From Candidatus Xenobia bacterium (GTDB taxonomy: Bacteria > Vulcanimicrobiota > Xenobia > Xenobiales > QWHO01): a stretch of DNA of 64,000 nucleotides. Numbering within the stretch: position 1 is the stretch's first letter; every line of letters begins with the position of its first letter. Position numbers and translations under genes: made by a program. Below the pieces are notes generated by a model, which ran no database searches, was not told the origin of the DNA, and saw nothing but the letters and a program-made list of their open reading frames with translations. Positions 1 through 10,391 of this stretch are shown one piece after another. The stretch spans positions 18,117 to 82,116 of the forward strand of contig BTUM01000028.1 of NCBI GenBank assembly GCA_045863235.1. Reading direction: 5' to 3'.

Positions 1-1134
1 AACCCGGAGCGCATCCAACTGGTCCAGCCGGGGGTCGGCGACCTGACCGTGTGGGCCCGCGACATGATGGTGGGCCTGGAGTTCCCCGGCAGCCCCGATC
101 GCACCGCTCTGCTCGCCCAAAAGCCCCTGCATGACTGGCACGGAAATGACCGCGAGGTGCCCATCTTCCTTTCTCATGCCGCGCCGGGGGTGCACCTGAA
201 CATGGCCAAGCGGCTGGTCACCGATGGGGGCGATACCACTTCCAATCGCAGCGATAGCTTCGTGGGACACTATTCCATCGCGGCTACTGCCGAGCGCCTG
301 CAGCAGGCGTTCAGCGACGAGAGCGTGCGGATGGCGGGGATCCGTTACTTCGAGACCACCACCGGCAAGACGGTGGTCCCCGGCGCTCTTCCTTACAAGC
401 TGCAGCCGGTGGACACGGGCGACCTGCACCGCATGCCGATTCAGATCGTCGAGAATCCCACCTATCGCAAGCCCGACCTGAAGGAAGGCCAGGCCACCGA
501 GGGCGAGATGTACGAGTACCTGGCCGCCCGCATGTTCGAGCGCGAGTTCGGCAAGCCGGTCACCGTGCTGGGAGCCGACGACCCCAGCACTCCCGACCAC
601 CGCGAAGAGCCGGCCTGCGACCACATGGACATGGGCTTCACGCCTATCTCCGACAACGAGGTGTTGCTCGGCGATCCGGGCCTGGCTCGCCAGTTGCTCG
701 ACTCGATGACCCCGGCCGAGAAGAAGCAGGCCGAGGAGAAGCTCTCCGAAGTAGCCGGCAAGCCGGTCAGGCTGGAGGATTACTTCGGTCCCGGCCTTCG
801 CAATCGCGACAACCAGGAGGACTTCGAGGCCTACAAGCGCATCGCTGAGGAGAAGAACCTGTCGGTCACCCGCATGCCCCACCTCGAGCCCGGCGGCGGG
901 TTGCCCTACATCTCTTACAACAACTGCCTGATGGAGCGCTTCGAGAAGGATGGCCAGGAAGTGCGGCGCGTGTTCCTCCCGGTCTACGGGGTGGAGAAGC
1001 TGGATAACTATGCCATCACGACCTGGCAGTCCAAAGGCTTCGAGGTGATCCCCATGGAGCTGGGAGCCTTGAGCGCATACTGGGGCGCTCTGCGCTGCAT
1101 TTCGAACTGGATGGAGCGCTCGCCCAGCGCTTGA
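1..1134 (+). CDS. Pentein-fold (agmatine/peptidyl-arginine deiminase, amidinotransferase-like) protein, 5' end outside window
   Basis: Frame open from base 1; WARD, HMDM, YNNCL and C-terminal GALRC motifs match the pentein catalytic layout. Confidence 0.65.
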   Translation, partial: NPERIQLVQPGVGDLTVWARDMMVGLEFPGSPDRTALLAQKPLHDWHGNDREVPIFLSHAAPGVHLNMAKRLVTDGGDTTSNRSDSFVGHYSIAATAERLQQAFSDESVRMAGIRYFETTTGKTVVPGALPYKLQPVDTGDLHRMPIQIVENPTYRKPDLKEGQATEGEMYEYLAARMFEREFGKPVTVLGADDPSTPDHREEPACDHMDMGFTPISDNEVLLGDPGLARQLLDSMTPAEKKQAEEKLSEVAGKPVRLEDYFGPGLRNRDNQEDFEAYKRIAEEKNLSVTRMPHLEPGGGLPYISYNNCLMERFEKDGQEVRRVFLPVYGVEKLDNYAITTWQSKGFEVIPMELGALSAYWGALRCISNWMERSPSA

Positions 1135-1231
1135 ACTTCGTCGCGTTGACCGGGCCACCGAACGTGTCGTGGCCCGGGCGAGGAGACGAAGCGATTCATC
1201 GCACAGTCCATGCGATGGAGTATCGTCCTGC

Positions 1232-2629
1232 ATGAACGACACGATTGTCAAACCCGGGCCGGCGCCACGCCGGCCCATTCCGCTTTACGTGCGGGTCCTG
1301 ATCGGAGTGGTCAGTGGAGCCGCGCTGGGCGCCGCCGTGGGCACGCAGCCCCTCTCGCTGGGGCCGCTGCACCTGGGCAAACTGGAAGACCTTGAGAAGC
1401 TGGGAGCCCTGGTCATCCGCCTCCTGAAGGCCCTGGCCACCCCGCTCATCCTGTTCGCAATCCTGGACGCCTTCGCGCGCACCCGCATCAGCGGCAAGCA
1501 GGGCCTGCGGATGATCGGTATCTGCCTGGTCAACGTCAGCATGGCGATGATCCTGGGTTTGACCTTGATGAACACCCTTCAGCCCGGCCTGGCCTGGCGC
1601 GGGCACCTGAGCGAGTTGACCGCGGGCGTGGCAAGCGAGACCACGCTCAAGAGCCTGCCCCAGCACGAGAACGTGACCTTGAGCCCGCTCGAGAACCTCT
1701 CCGGCTACGTGCCCCAGAGTCTGGTGTCTCCCTTCCTGGACAACAACGTGATCACCATCGTGCTCTGCGCCATCCTGGCCGGGGCCGCCCTTCGCAGCCT
1801 CAAAGAGCGCCAACCCGGGGGCGGGGTGCACGTGCTCGAGCAGATGATCGCGGCCGTGCTGCAGATCCTCATCCAGATGCTGGAGTGGGTGATCCAGGCC
1901 GTTCCCATCGCCGTTTTCGGCGTCGTGGCGGCGGTGGTGGCCCGCTCGGGGCTGGGGGTCTTTCAGAAGCTCTGGGTCTTCCTGGCGGTCATGCTGCTCG
2001 GCCTGGCCATCCACTCGCTGATCTATTACCCGCTGGTGGCCTGGGTGGTGGGCAAGAAGAGCCCCCGCGAGTATGTGGGGAAAGGGGCCGACGCGATCGT
2101 GACCGGCCTTTCGACCAACTCCAGCCTGGCCACCGTGCCGGTGACCCTGCGGGTGCTCACCGAGCGCATGGGGGTATCGCAGCAGTCGGCCCGGCTGGCT
2201 GCCTGCGTGGGAACCAATCTGAACAACGACGGAATCACACTGTACGAGGCCATGGCTGCGCTCTTCCTGGCCCAGGCGGTGGGCTACGACCTGGGCCTGG
2301 GCCAGCAGTTCGGAGTGGTTCTGGCGGCTCTGATGGCCGGGATCGGCATCGCCGGCATCCCCGAGGCAGGGCTGATCGTGCTTCCCCTGGTGCTGGGGGC
2401 GGCCGGACTGCCCGAGTCGGTGGTGCTGACGGCCCTGCCTCTGATCATGACGGTGGACTGGATCATCGCCCGTTGCCGGTCGGGGGTCAACGTGATGAGC
2501 GACATGCTGGTGGCCATCCTGCTCGACGCTCTGCGCCCGGCGGGAGAGCGACCTGAAAGCCTGGAGGACATGGCCGGAGAAGGAGACCTGGCCCCCGAAG
2601 TGGCGGCCATCCTGGAGGGAAACACATGA
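1232..2629 (+). CDS. Dicarboxylate/amino acid:cation symporter (DAACS)
   Basis: STNSSLATVP, GTNLNNDG, GIPEAG and RSGVNVMSD motifs; many TM helices; ATG 5 nt after TATCGT. Confidence 0.93.
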   Translation: MNDTIVKPGPAPRRPIPLYVRVLIGVVSGAALGAAVGTQPLSLGPLHLGKLEDLEKLGALVIRLLKALATPLILFAILDAFARTRISGKQGLRMIGICLVNVSMAMILGLTLMNTLQPGLAWRGHLSELTAGVASETTLKSLPQHENVTLSPLENLSGYVPQSLVSPFLDNNVITIVLCAILAGAALRSLKERQPGGGVHVLEQMIAAVLQILIQMLEWVIQAVPIAVFGVVAAVVARSGLGVFQKLWVFLAVMLLGLAIHSLIYYPLVAWVVGKKSPREYVGKGADAIVTGLSTNSSLATVPVTLRVLTERMGVSQQSARLAACVGTNLNNDGITLYEAMAALFLAQAVGYDLGLGQQFGVVLAALMAGIGIAGIPEAGLIVLPLVLGAAGLPESVVLTALPLIMTVDWIIARCRSGVNVMSDMLVAILLDALRPAGERPESLEDMAGEGDLAPEVAAILEGNT

Positions 2630-4674
2630 TGAGATCCGTTCTGCTGATGCTGCTGGTCTGCCTTCTGGCGAGTTGCGGTCAGGAAGGTGCCACGCCCGTG
2701 GCGGCGACCGCTCCACCGGGTAACCTGGCGCCCCCGCCTCCCGCCGAGGCACTGGTCTTCCGTCTGGGTGGCCCGGGTGAGGACTCGGGACAGGCGGTGG
2801 TCGCTGATGCTGCCGGCAACCTCTTCGTGGCCGGCCACTTCACCCACCAGAACGAGCTGGCCACCAGCCAGGGCGGACAGGACGTCTTTCTGGCCCGCTA
2901 CGACGGCCAGGGGAACCTGGTCTGGTCGCTGGGTCTGGGCAGCGCGGGCCACGAGCAACTGGCAAACCTGCTCATGGACGAGGAGGGCAACCTCTATCTG
3001 GGCGGCACTTTCGAAGGCACGCTCGCCTTCGATCCCGCGACCGACGTGGTGGCAGCCGGTATGAGTGACGCCTTCCTGGCCAGCTACGACTCGGACGGCA
3101 AACTGCGCTGGGCCCGCACGCTGGGGGCGGCAGGGCAGACCACCCGGGCCCACGACCTGGCTCTGGGAGAGCGGGGCGCGCTCTACCTGACCGGCGACTT
3201 CACCGGGACCGTCCAGGGCCTGGTCTCCGCCGGCGACACCGATGGCCTGCTGGCTCGCTTCGACCTGGCCGGGCAGCCGGAATGGCTGCGCCGTTTCGGG
3301 GGACCGGGTTCGGACTCGGGTCGGGCCCTGGCAGCGGTGGCCGACACCGTCCTGGTTTGCGAGGGGTCACAGGTGACGCGCTGGAGTGCCGCGGGCGATC
3401 CGGGGCCGGAGGTGGCCCTGCCCGGCCAGGCCCACTCGATCGCCGGTGATGGTCTGGGGGGACATGTCGCGGTTGGGACTGGATTTCTGGCTCGCTTCGG
3501 GCCGGCCCTGGAGCAGCTGTGGAGTGTCAGCGTGTCGGGTGAAGGCTGGCTGACGGTGGGGGAGGGGGCCATCTACCTGGCCGGCAGCCGGCTCGAGCGC
3601 TTCGACCTGGACGGAAACAGGCTCTGGGAGGTCGTGCTGGGAGGTCCCGCGCAGGGGCTGGTCCTGGTGCGCGGCGATCATCCCACCGTGACGGGAGCCT
3701 TTCAGGGCCAGGCCAGCTTTCAGCAGGCCCGCACGGTAGCGAGCACCGGGGGAACCGATGGCTACGTGGCCCAGTACGACGGTCAGGGCCAGTTGACCTC
3801 GGTTGGGGCACGTCCGGTGGCCTATCAGCCTCCCGCGGTCACCTACAATGGACTGCACAAGGTGAGCAACCCCACCGCGGCCCAGGTCACCTCCGAGCTG
3901 GGGGTCGTCAAGCAGCACTTTGCCAGCCTGCGTACTTACTACCCGCAGTACGGCGGGGGCACGGTCGACCTGGGCAAGATCACCAACCAGCTCGGGCTGA
4001 AGGTCTATCTGGGATTGTTCCTCTTCCCGGGGCACAACGACTGGACGGCCGAGAACTACGCCAACTATGTCAAGCCAGCCGTCGCACGGGGCAACGTCTC
4101 GGCGCTGATCGTCGGCAACGAGGACCCGCAGGACCTGGCCCTGATCCTCAGCTATCTGGACAAAGCCCACACTGACTTCCCCAAGCTACCGGCCTCCAGC
4201 GCCCAGACCACCACTTTCTGGCTCACCGACTCGCGGGCCGCTCAGCTGGCCGACAAAGTCGACTTCATTGCAGTGAACATCTATCCGGGCTGGGACGGCG
4301 TCCCCTGGACCCAGATGAACCTGCAGCCGGTTATCGGGGGCAAGCCAGCCACACCGGCCGACTCCTTCAACTCGTTCAAGATCATCTATGGCAAGCTGGT
4401 GGCCAAATACCCGGGGCTGCCCATCGTGGTGACCGAAACCGGCTGGCCCACCACCTACGGCGCGCCAAGTCCGGCGCCGCCTCAGCCCAAGACCGGGATT
4501 GCCAACGCCAAAGCCTACCTGACCCTGGTGCAGAACTGGGCCATCAACAACAAGAAGAATGTCTTCATCTACGGAATGTATGACGACACCAACGCGGTCA
4601 ACACCAGCTCGCTGTTCAACTACCACTTCGGGCTGATGGACACCGACGGCAACAGCAAAGGGGTACTGTTCTAA
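2626..4674 (+). CDS. Lipoprotein: beta-propeller repeats fused to C-terminal GH17-like glycoside hydrolase
   Basis: Lipobox LASC; repeated DxFLARYD..G...W units; IVGNE and VTETGWPT catalytic Glu motifs. Confidence 0.8.
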   Translation: MMRSVLLMLLVCLLASCGQEGATPVAATAPPGNLAPPPPAEALVFRLGGPGEDSGQAVVADAAGNLFVAGHFTHQNELATSQGGQDVFLARYDGQGNLVWSLGLGSAGHEQLANLLMDEEGNLYLGGTFEGTLAFDPATDVVAAGMSDAFLASYDSDGKLRWARTLGAAGQTTRAHDLALGERGALYLTGDFTGTVQGLVSAGDTDGLLARFDLAGQPEWLRRFGGPGSDSGRALAAVADTVLVCEGSQVTRWSAAGDPGPEVALPGQAHSIAGDGLGGHVAVGTGFLARFGPALEQLWSVSVSGEGWLTVGEGAIYLAGSRLERFDLDGNRLWEVVLGGPAQGLVLVRGDHPTVTGAFQGQASFQQARTVASTGGTDGYVAQYDGQGQLTSVGARPVAYQPPAVTYNGLHKVSNPTAAQVTSELGVVKQHFASLRTYYPQYGGGTVDLGKITNQLGLKVYLGLFLFPGHNDWTAENYANYVKPAVARGNVSALIVGNEDPQDLALILSYLDKAHTDFPKLPASSAQTTTFWLTDSRAAQLADKVDFIAVNIYPGWDGVPWTQMNLQPVIGGKPATPADSFNSFKIIYGKLVAKYPGLPIVVTETGWPTTYGAPSPAPPQPKTGIANAKAYLTLVQNWAINNKKNVFIYGMYDDTNAVNTSSLFNYHFGLMDTDGNSKGVLF

Positions 4675-4713
4675 ACTCCCTCGCATAGACTGTGCGATGA
4701 ATTCCCAACAGGT

Positions 4714-5421
4714 TTAGTTCAATCCCGGCTCGACCAGCATGGGCCCGAACTGTAGCCCGGAATGGCCCGGCTGGTCGAACAGCGCCACGGGCTGCATCAC
4801 CATGGGGATCTTGAGGGCCCGGGCCACTTGGCGGGCCATGCCCATGGCCGCCTCGGAGCTCGAGAAGGGGTAGAGGGGAAGAAGTCGGCCGTCCTCCAGG
4901 TCGAGCTGCACCGAGAAGATCGAGCCTCGGGCGCTCTCGCCCTCGTGGATGCTGCGCACGGCAACCCGCAAGACGGCCGGGATGCTCAGGTGGATCTGCT
5001 GGTCGCCGAAAGTGAACACGGCATCTTGCGAGCCGATCGACCAGGCCAGCCAGCGCGACTGACGCGGGTTCATCCAGCGATTGATACGCTCGCTCATCGA
5101 GTTGCACAGATCGAGCACCAGGGCCCCGGCGGCGCCACCGGCGCTGATGGCCCTTACGGCCATGTCAGGACGTCGGGAGATGAGGGCTCCGGCCAGCATG
5201 GCGCCGGCGGTCACGGCCGCGCCCAGGGCGAACTTCTTGTTCTGCTTTCGTTCGCCAGGAAGCTGCCAGACCTCGAAGTTGAGCAAGATCCGGTCGTCGC
5301 CCGGCGTGAAGCTGTGCAGCGAGAACTGCGGTGCATCGACCTCGGCGGCATTGTCGCGGATCGTTTGCAGGGGATGATCGACGGGCTGAAAATAGGCGAT
5401 CAGCTCACTGGCAGACCACAA
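4714..5421 (-). CDS. Hypothetical membrane protein
   Basis: 235-aa ORF with two Ala/Gly-rich hydrophobic segments; start uncertain. Confidence 0.6.
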   Translation of the reverse strand: MWSASELIAYFQPVDHPLQTIRDNAAEVDAPQFSLHSFTPGDDRILLNFEVWQLPGERKQNKKFALGAAVTAGAMLAGALISRRPDMAVRAISAGGAAGALVLDLCNSMSERINRWMNPRQSRWLAWSIGSQDAVFTFGDQQIHLSIPAVLRVAVRSIHEGESARGSIFSVQLDLEDGRLLPLYPFSSSEAAMGMARQVARALKIPMVMQPVALFDQPGHSGLQFGPMLVEPGLN

Positions 5422-5474
5422 AGGCTCTCTCTCCCGGGAAAGTTTTCCCTATCATATCATACGTCCGGGAGGAT

Positions 5475-5504
5475 TTGACTCCCTGCGGCCGGATGTGCTA
5501 AAGT
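5475..5504 (+). promoter_or_regulatory. Sigma70-type promoter
   Basis: TTGACT-N18-TAAAGT with TGn extension, followed by AGGAGG RBS before 5541. Confidence 0.6.
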
Positions 5505-5540
5505 GGCGGGCATTCACAGTCCAGTTCAGGAGGTCGAGTC

Positions 5541-5873
5541 ATGTCCAAGGGATCCGCCAAGAAGCCCAAGCCCGCCAAGAGCCGCGGGTCGGGAACTCCG
5601 CTCGAGGGCCGCGCCTGGGTGCGCGTCGGCGGAGCTCGCTGGCTGCGCGAAGATGCGGAGAAAGCTGGCAAGTTCATTCCCAAAGAGTACCGCGAAGGCT
5701 ACGTCAAGCCCCTGAGTAAGAAGGCGGCCGAAGAGTTGGCCGCTTCCGCTGCCGCCGAAGCGGCGGCCGCCGAGGAAGCGGCTCTGGCCGCCAACGTTCC
5801 GGCCGAGTCGGCCGAGGCTCTGGAAGCTGCGCCCGACGCCGAGGACTTCGGCGAAGAGAACGAAGAGGCCTGA
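5541..5873 (+). CDS. Small protein, basic N-terminus and Ala/Glu-rich acidic tail
   Basis: Strong RBS, own promoter and terminator. Confidence 0.8.
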   Translation: MSKGSAKKPKPAKSRGSGTPLEGRAWVRVGGARWLREDAEKAGKFIPKEYREGYVKPLSKKAAEELAASAAAEAAAAEEAALAANVPAESAEALEAAPDAEDFGEENEEA

Positions 5874-5875
5874 CG

Positions 5876-5907
5876 AGAAGCCCGCCCCAACGGCGGGCTT
5901 CTTTGTT
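5876..5907 (+). terminator. Intrinsic terminator
   Basis: AGAAGCCCGCC-ccaac-GGCGGGCTTCT hairpin then T-rich tail. Confidence 0.8.
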
Positions 5908-5959
5908 GCAGGGGAAGGCGGGTCCGGGTCCAGAACCTCTTCTGGCGGGGGAGTTTGGA

Positions 5960-6808
5960 GTGAGCAGTTTGTCCGAGTTCCGTCGTTTTCAGGGGACCGA
6001 CAGCTATCTGACCGGCGAGGCCCTGGAGGCGGCCGTCAACTGTGCCCTGGCGCTGGAGCGTCCGCTGCTGGTGCGGGGCGAGCCGGGCACCGGCAAGACC
6101 CTGCTGGCTCGCGCCATCGCTGAAGGGCTGGGCCTGAAGATGCTGTCCTGGCACGTCAAGAGCACCACCCGGGCCCAGGACGGCCTTTACGTCTATGACA
6201 CGGTACAGCGCCTCTACGATTCTCGCTTTGGCGAGGGCAACGTCAAGGACATTCGCAGCTACATCAAGCTCGGCCCCCTGGGCCAGGCCTTCAGCTCTCC
6301 CGAGCCGGTGGTGCTGCTGATCGACGAAGTGGACAAAGCCGATCTCGAGTTCCCCAACGATCTGTTGCACGAGCTTGACCAGATGCGCTTTGTGATCCCC
6401 GAGACGGGAGACGAGGTCACTGCTGACCGGCGCCCGGTGGTGGTGATCACCTCCAACAACGAGAAGGAGCTGCCGGACGCTTTCTTGCGCCGCTGCGTCT
6501 TTCACTTCATTGACTTCCCCGAGCCCGAGTTCATGCGCCGCATCGTTGAGGTGCACCATCCCGGGCTCGAGCAAGAGCTGGCCAACCAGGCCATCGAGGC
6601 GTTCTTCAATCTGCGTGGGATGCAGCGCCTCAGGAAGCGACCCTCGACCAGCGAGCTGATCGACTGGATCGCCGCCCTCAAGGCCGCCGGGGTCACCCAT
6701 GTGGCCCTGGAGGCGGGCATGCCTTTCGTGGGCACGCTGCTGAAGAAGGAGCAAGACCTCGAGGCTCTGGCCGAGCATCTCGCTCGACGGCCCGGGTGGA
6801 GGAACTGA
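5960..6808 (+). CDS. MoxR-family AAA+ ATPase
   Basis: GEPGTGKT Walker A, LLIDEVDKAD Walker B, TSNNEKELPDAFLRRC. Confidence 0.93.
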   Translation: MSSLSEFRRFQGTDSYLTGEALEAAVNCALALERPLLVRGEPGTGKTLLARAIAEGLGLKMLSWHVKSTTRAQDGLYVYDTVQRLYDSRFGEGNVKDIRSYIKLGPLGQAFSSPEPVVLLIDEVDKADLEFPNDLLHELDQMRFVIPETGDEVTADRRPVVVITSNNEKELPDAFLRRCVFHFIDFPEPEFMRRIVEVHHPGLEQELANQAIEAFFNLRGMQRLRKRPSTSELIDWIAALKAAGVTHVALEAGMPFVGTLLKKEQDLEALAEHLARRPGWRN

Positions 6809-6810
6809 CC

Positions 6811-8001
6811 GTGTTCGTTCCCTTTCTGTACCAGCTGCGCCAGCGCGGAGTGCCGGTGGGAACCCAGGAGGCGGTGGCGCTGGCCTCGGCCCTCTCCAAG
6901 GGCCTGCACGGGAACTCGCTGAACGGGTTCTACCACGTGGCCAGGGCTCTGCTGGTGCACTCCGAGAACCACCTGGACGCCTTTGACGAGGCCTTTCTGG
7001 CTCACTTCAAGGGGGTCGAGGGCGAGTCTTTGAAGCTGCACAAGGAGCTGCTCGACTGGTTGCGCGAGGCGGCTCGGCGAGAGCGCACCCCCGAAGAGCA
7101 GCAGCTTTTCGACGAGCTCACCCTGGAAGAGCTGGAGAAGCTCTACGAGCAGCGCCTGCGCGAGCAGACCGAGCGACACGACCTGGGCAGTCACTGGATC
7201 GGCACCGGGGGTAGCTCTCCCTTCGGCCACAGCGGGGTAGGGCGACAGGGCTTCCGCATCGGGGGCCAGGGTGGGGCGCGCTCGGCCATTCGGGTGGCCG
7301 ATGCTCGCAACTACCGGGCCTACCGTGACGACCTCGTGCTAGACGTTCGTCAGTTTGCCATGGCCCTGCGCAGACTGCGCAGCTTCAGTCGCGAGGGCAA
7401 CGACCTGGAGCTCGACCTGGAAGGTACGATCGATGCCACTGCTCGGAACGCCGGTGAGCTGGAGGTCGTGGTCCGACCTCCTCGACGCACCAACGTGCGG
7501 GTCATCTTGATGATGGACGTGGGCGGCTCGATGGATCCTTACGCCCACACCGTCGAACAGCTCTTTTCGGCGGCTGCCCGGGCCACCCACTTCAAGGAGC
7601 TGCGTTCCTACTTCTTTCACAACTGCATCTATGGTCACGTCTACAGCACCGAAGGGCTGCGCAAGCGGGTCAGTCTGGACGAGCTGTTTCGCACCACCGG
7701 GCGCCACTACAAGCTGATCGTGGTCGGCGACGCGCTGATGGCACCTTACGAATTGCTGTCGGCCCGAGGGGGCTACACCATCAACCGCTCCGAGGGCAAG
7801 ACCGGGCTCGACTGGCTCACGGTCCTGGCCCAACACTACCCGCGCAGCGTCTGGCTCAATCCCGAGCGCCAGATCTACTGGAACGACCCCACCAGTACCC
7901 TGGCCGTCATCCGCACGGTCTTTCCCATGTATCCGCTCACCCTGCACGGTCTGGATCAGGCCGTGCGCTTTCTGTTGACCGGTCGACGGGAAGTGGCCTG
8001 A
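6811..8001 (+). CDS. VWA-domain protein (CoxE-like partner of MoxR)
   Basis: MIDAS-like DVGGSM, VGDA and WLNPE motifs; adjacent to MoxR; GGAGG RBS. Confidence 0.88.
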   Translation: MFVPFLYQLRQRGVPVGTQEAVALASALSKGLHGNSLNGFYHVARALLVHSENHLDAFDEAFLAHFKGVEGESLKLHKELLDWLREAARRERTPEEQQLFDELTLEELEKLYEQRLREQTERHDLGSHWIGTGGSSPFGHSGVGRQGFRIGGQGGARSAIRVADARNYRAYRDDLVLDVRQFAMALRRLRSFSREGNDLELDLEGTIDATARNAGELEVVVRPPRRTNVRVILMMDVGGSMDPYAHTVEQLFSAAARATHFKELRSYFFHNCIYGHVYSTEGLRKRVSLDELFRTTGRHYKLIVVGDALMAPYELLSARGGYTINRSEGKTGLDWLTVLAQHYPRSVWLNPERQIYWNDPTSTLAVIRTVFPMYPLTLHGLDQAVRFLLTGRREVA

Positions 8002-8008
8002 ACGGAGA

Positions 8009-8033
8009 AGGGCCGGCCCATCGGGCCGGCCCT
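8009..8033. terminator. GC-rich hairpin between convergent genes
   Basis: AGGGCCGGCCC-atc-GGGCCGGCCCT. Confidence 0.55.
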
Positions 8034-8097
8034 CGAGGCCGTTACACTTTGGTCTTTAGCCGTACTGACGAACGGCGCCGGACCATCTTTGTAACGT

Positions 8098-8547
8098 CTA
8101 AGGCTGCAGAACCAGACCTCGTCCGGGGGTGTATTGAGGATAGCCTGCCGCTACGCCCTGCAACAGAAGGTGATGGACCCCGTCGCACGACACGGTGTAG
8201 GCTTCCGCATTGGTCTCCAGCGTGTAGAAGTTCTGGCTGGAAGGACAACGCACTTCGCCTGGCTGAATGTATCGGCCCGTGAAGATCACGTGGCCGGGGT
8301 TGATGACTCCCGGCAACGGGTAGGTATCGTTCTCGGTCCGATAGGTTTCCAGGGCGCCCACGATGGCACGCTCATTGTTCATGCAGCTGCTCAGGTGAGC
8401 ACGGTACTTGGCTTTGATCCAGTTCGGCGTCATGATTGCGAACAGGATCGCGATGATAAAGACGACGATCATAATCTCCAGCAGGGTAAACCCGCCGGAA
8501 CGGGTCCTAGGGCCCGCTCGACGCGGAGCCCAGGCTTTGTAGCTCAT
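8098..8547 (-). CDS. Type IV pilin / type II secretion pseudopilin
   Basis: Prepilin motif G-FTLLEIMIVVFIIAIL; GGAGGG RBS. Confidence 0.88.
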   Translation of the reverse strand: MSYKAWAPRRAGPRTRSGGFTLLEIMIVVFIIAILFAIMTPNWIKAKYRAHLSSCMNNERAIVGALETYRTENDTYPLPGVINPGHVIFTGRYIQPGEVRCPSSQNFYTLETNAEAYTVSCDGVHHLLLQGVAAGYPQYTPGRGLVLQP

Positions 8548-8719
8548 CTTGTTCCCTCCAGCAGACTGATATTGCGGTCTGGACTGGCCGGAACGAGCAT
8601 GTACGGATGGAAAATGACGTAAACCTCTTCGGCCAGCCAGCCTGACCTGAGTGGAAAATTCGCCTTCCCTGGAGGAACTCATCCTTACGGTGATAAATTT
8701 ATTCTAGCGGGGAGTCCTT

Positions 8720-9187
8720 TTGACCTACACATATCATAGCTCGTCCAAGAAACTGGGGGCACTGGCGCTGGTGTTCCTGCCGATGGCTGGTTTTCTCGTC
8801 AAGATCGGCCTGGAGGGAAATCGCATCGTCCCGCCTCAGATGAAAGAGGACTTGATGCGATTCGTGGTCGTTTATTGCCCCTTCATCCTGGCCACTGTTC
8901 TGCTTGGGATGTATCTGTACATGCTGGCTACTCAGGCCGGCCGCCGACTTGACATCGGGTCGATCGGGGTCACCCTGACGGCCGGGAACAAGTCTACCAC
9001 GGTAGGCTGGGCCTCGATGGTGGTCAACCGGGCTCAGACCGGGAACATGACTTCCTCCAGCCTGATCTCCGACGGCCAGAGCAGTATCCGCATTCAGCGC
9101 TTCTTCTGGCCAGAACACGACGACATTCTCAATCGACTCGAGCGCACAGTCAAGCACAACCGCACCGCCAAAACGGTCAAGATGTAG
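8720..9187 (+). CDS. Hypothetical membrane protein (2 TM plus soluble domain)
   Basis: Two hydrophobic helices; GGGGAG RBS before TTG. Confidence 0.6.
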   Translation: MTYTYHSSSKKLGALALVFLPMAGFLVKIGLEGNRIVPPQMKEDLMRFVVVYCPFILATVLLGMYLYMLATQAGRRLDIGSIGVTLTAGNKSTTVGWASMVVNRAQTGNMTSSSLISDGQSSIRIQRFFWPEHDDILNRLERTVKHNRTAKTVKM

Positions 9188-10358
9188 CCGGGCGTCGCCT
9201 CTTCACCAGCGCGAAGAGCACGATCAGAATCAGGGTCCCCAGCAGGGTGATGCCGTCGCACAGGTGCAAAAACTCGTCCACTTTGCCCTGCTTGACGTAA
9301 ACGGCCATCCGGGTGGCCACCCAGGCGCACACCGCCCGGTCGAGTAGAGATTCTACCGAGAGCAGGCTGGCCCGGTAGCGCGAATCGGGAATGGCGTCGT
9401 TGAGCACCTGGCGCTGAATCGGGTAGCTGAAGCCAACGGCCAGTGCGAAGACGCTCAACCAGGCAACCGCTCCGGCCGGACCCGACCAGGCCATCAACGA
9501 GCAGCTGACGGCCATGATCAGGGTCATCAGGAAGACCGCGTTGAGGTCGCTCATGAAGCGTCGCAACCATCCAGGGTAGGCTGAACCGAGAGCCTCGAAG
9601 ATGGTGTTGAGGGACATGATCACGCCGTAGGCGCCCAGGGCGAACTTCTTGTCCTCCAGGATGGGGTTGAACAAGTTGACCTGCACGATGCGGGAGAGCA
9701 CGAAGATGCCCGTGCCCTGGGCGATCACCAGCAGCAGGTAGGGGCTCGAGAAGAGCAACTTGAGCACGATGGCGGGTTTGACCCGATCGCGCGGGTGCAC
9801 CGGCAGGCTGAATTCGGGCAGGCGCAGGGCGATCGCAAAGGCGATCAGGGCCGAGAGCGCGGTGAGCCAGTAGGGAAGCTCGAGCTTCCACTCCATCAGG
9901 TAGCCGATGCCGGCCCAGCCCACCACCTTGCCGACCAGCGAGTAGGAACGGGCCAGGCCCTCGGTGCTCTTGTAGTAGCCTTCCGCGCCCGACTCTTGCA
10001 GGTAGTTGTAGAGATAGGCGCTGGAAGCCCCCGAGATGAGAGAGCGGGAGAGGGCGACCAGCATCCAGTGACCCAGAAAGCCCCCGAAGGTGGGCACGAA
10101 GACCACCAGCAGGTTGGACACCACCAGCAAGAGGGCCCCCGAGATCATGCACTTGCGCTGGCTCCAGCGGTCGGCGAGATACCCGGTGGGCAGCTCCATC
10201 AGGCAGAAGGCGATGTAATACAGGCTCTGGATCTCGAAAATCTGCGCATCGCTCAGCCCCATCTTCTTCTGGTACTCGTAGAACACTGGCGCCCACAGTA
10301 AGAGCGAGAAGAAGAACTGGAAGCCGTAGAACAGCTTGATGACGCGGTGGGGATTCAT
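9177..10358 (-). CDS. MFS transporter
   Basis: About 12 TM; ELPTGYLADRWSQRK motif A. Confidence 0.9.
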   Translation of the reverse strand: MNPHRVIKLFYGFQFFFSLLLWAPVFYEYQKKMGLSDAQIFEIQSLYYIAFCLMELPTGYLADRWSQRKCMISGALLLVVSNLLVVFVPTFGGFLGHWMLVALSRSLISGASSAYLYNYLQESGAEGYYKSTEGLARSYSLVGKVVGWAGIGYLMEWKLELPYWLTALSALIAFAIALRLPEFSLPVHPRDRVKPAIVLKLLFSSPYLLLVIAQGTGIFVLSRIVQVNLFNPILEDKKFALGAYGVIMSLNTIFEALGSAYPGWLRRFMSDLNAVFLMTLIMAVSCSLMAWSGPAGAVAWLSVFALAVGFSYPIQRQVLNDAIPDSRYRASLLSVESLLDRAVCAWVATRMAVYVKQGKVDEFLHLCDGITLLGTLILIVLFALVKRRRPATS

Positions 10359-10391
10359 CCGGTCGGACGTATCACGGATCGACCCGTCGGG

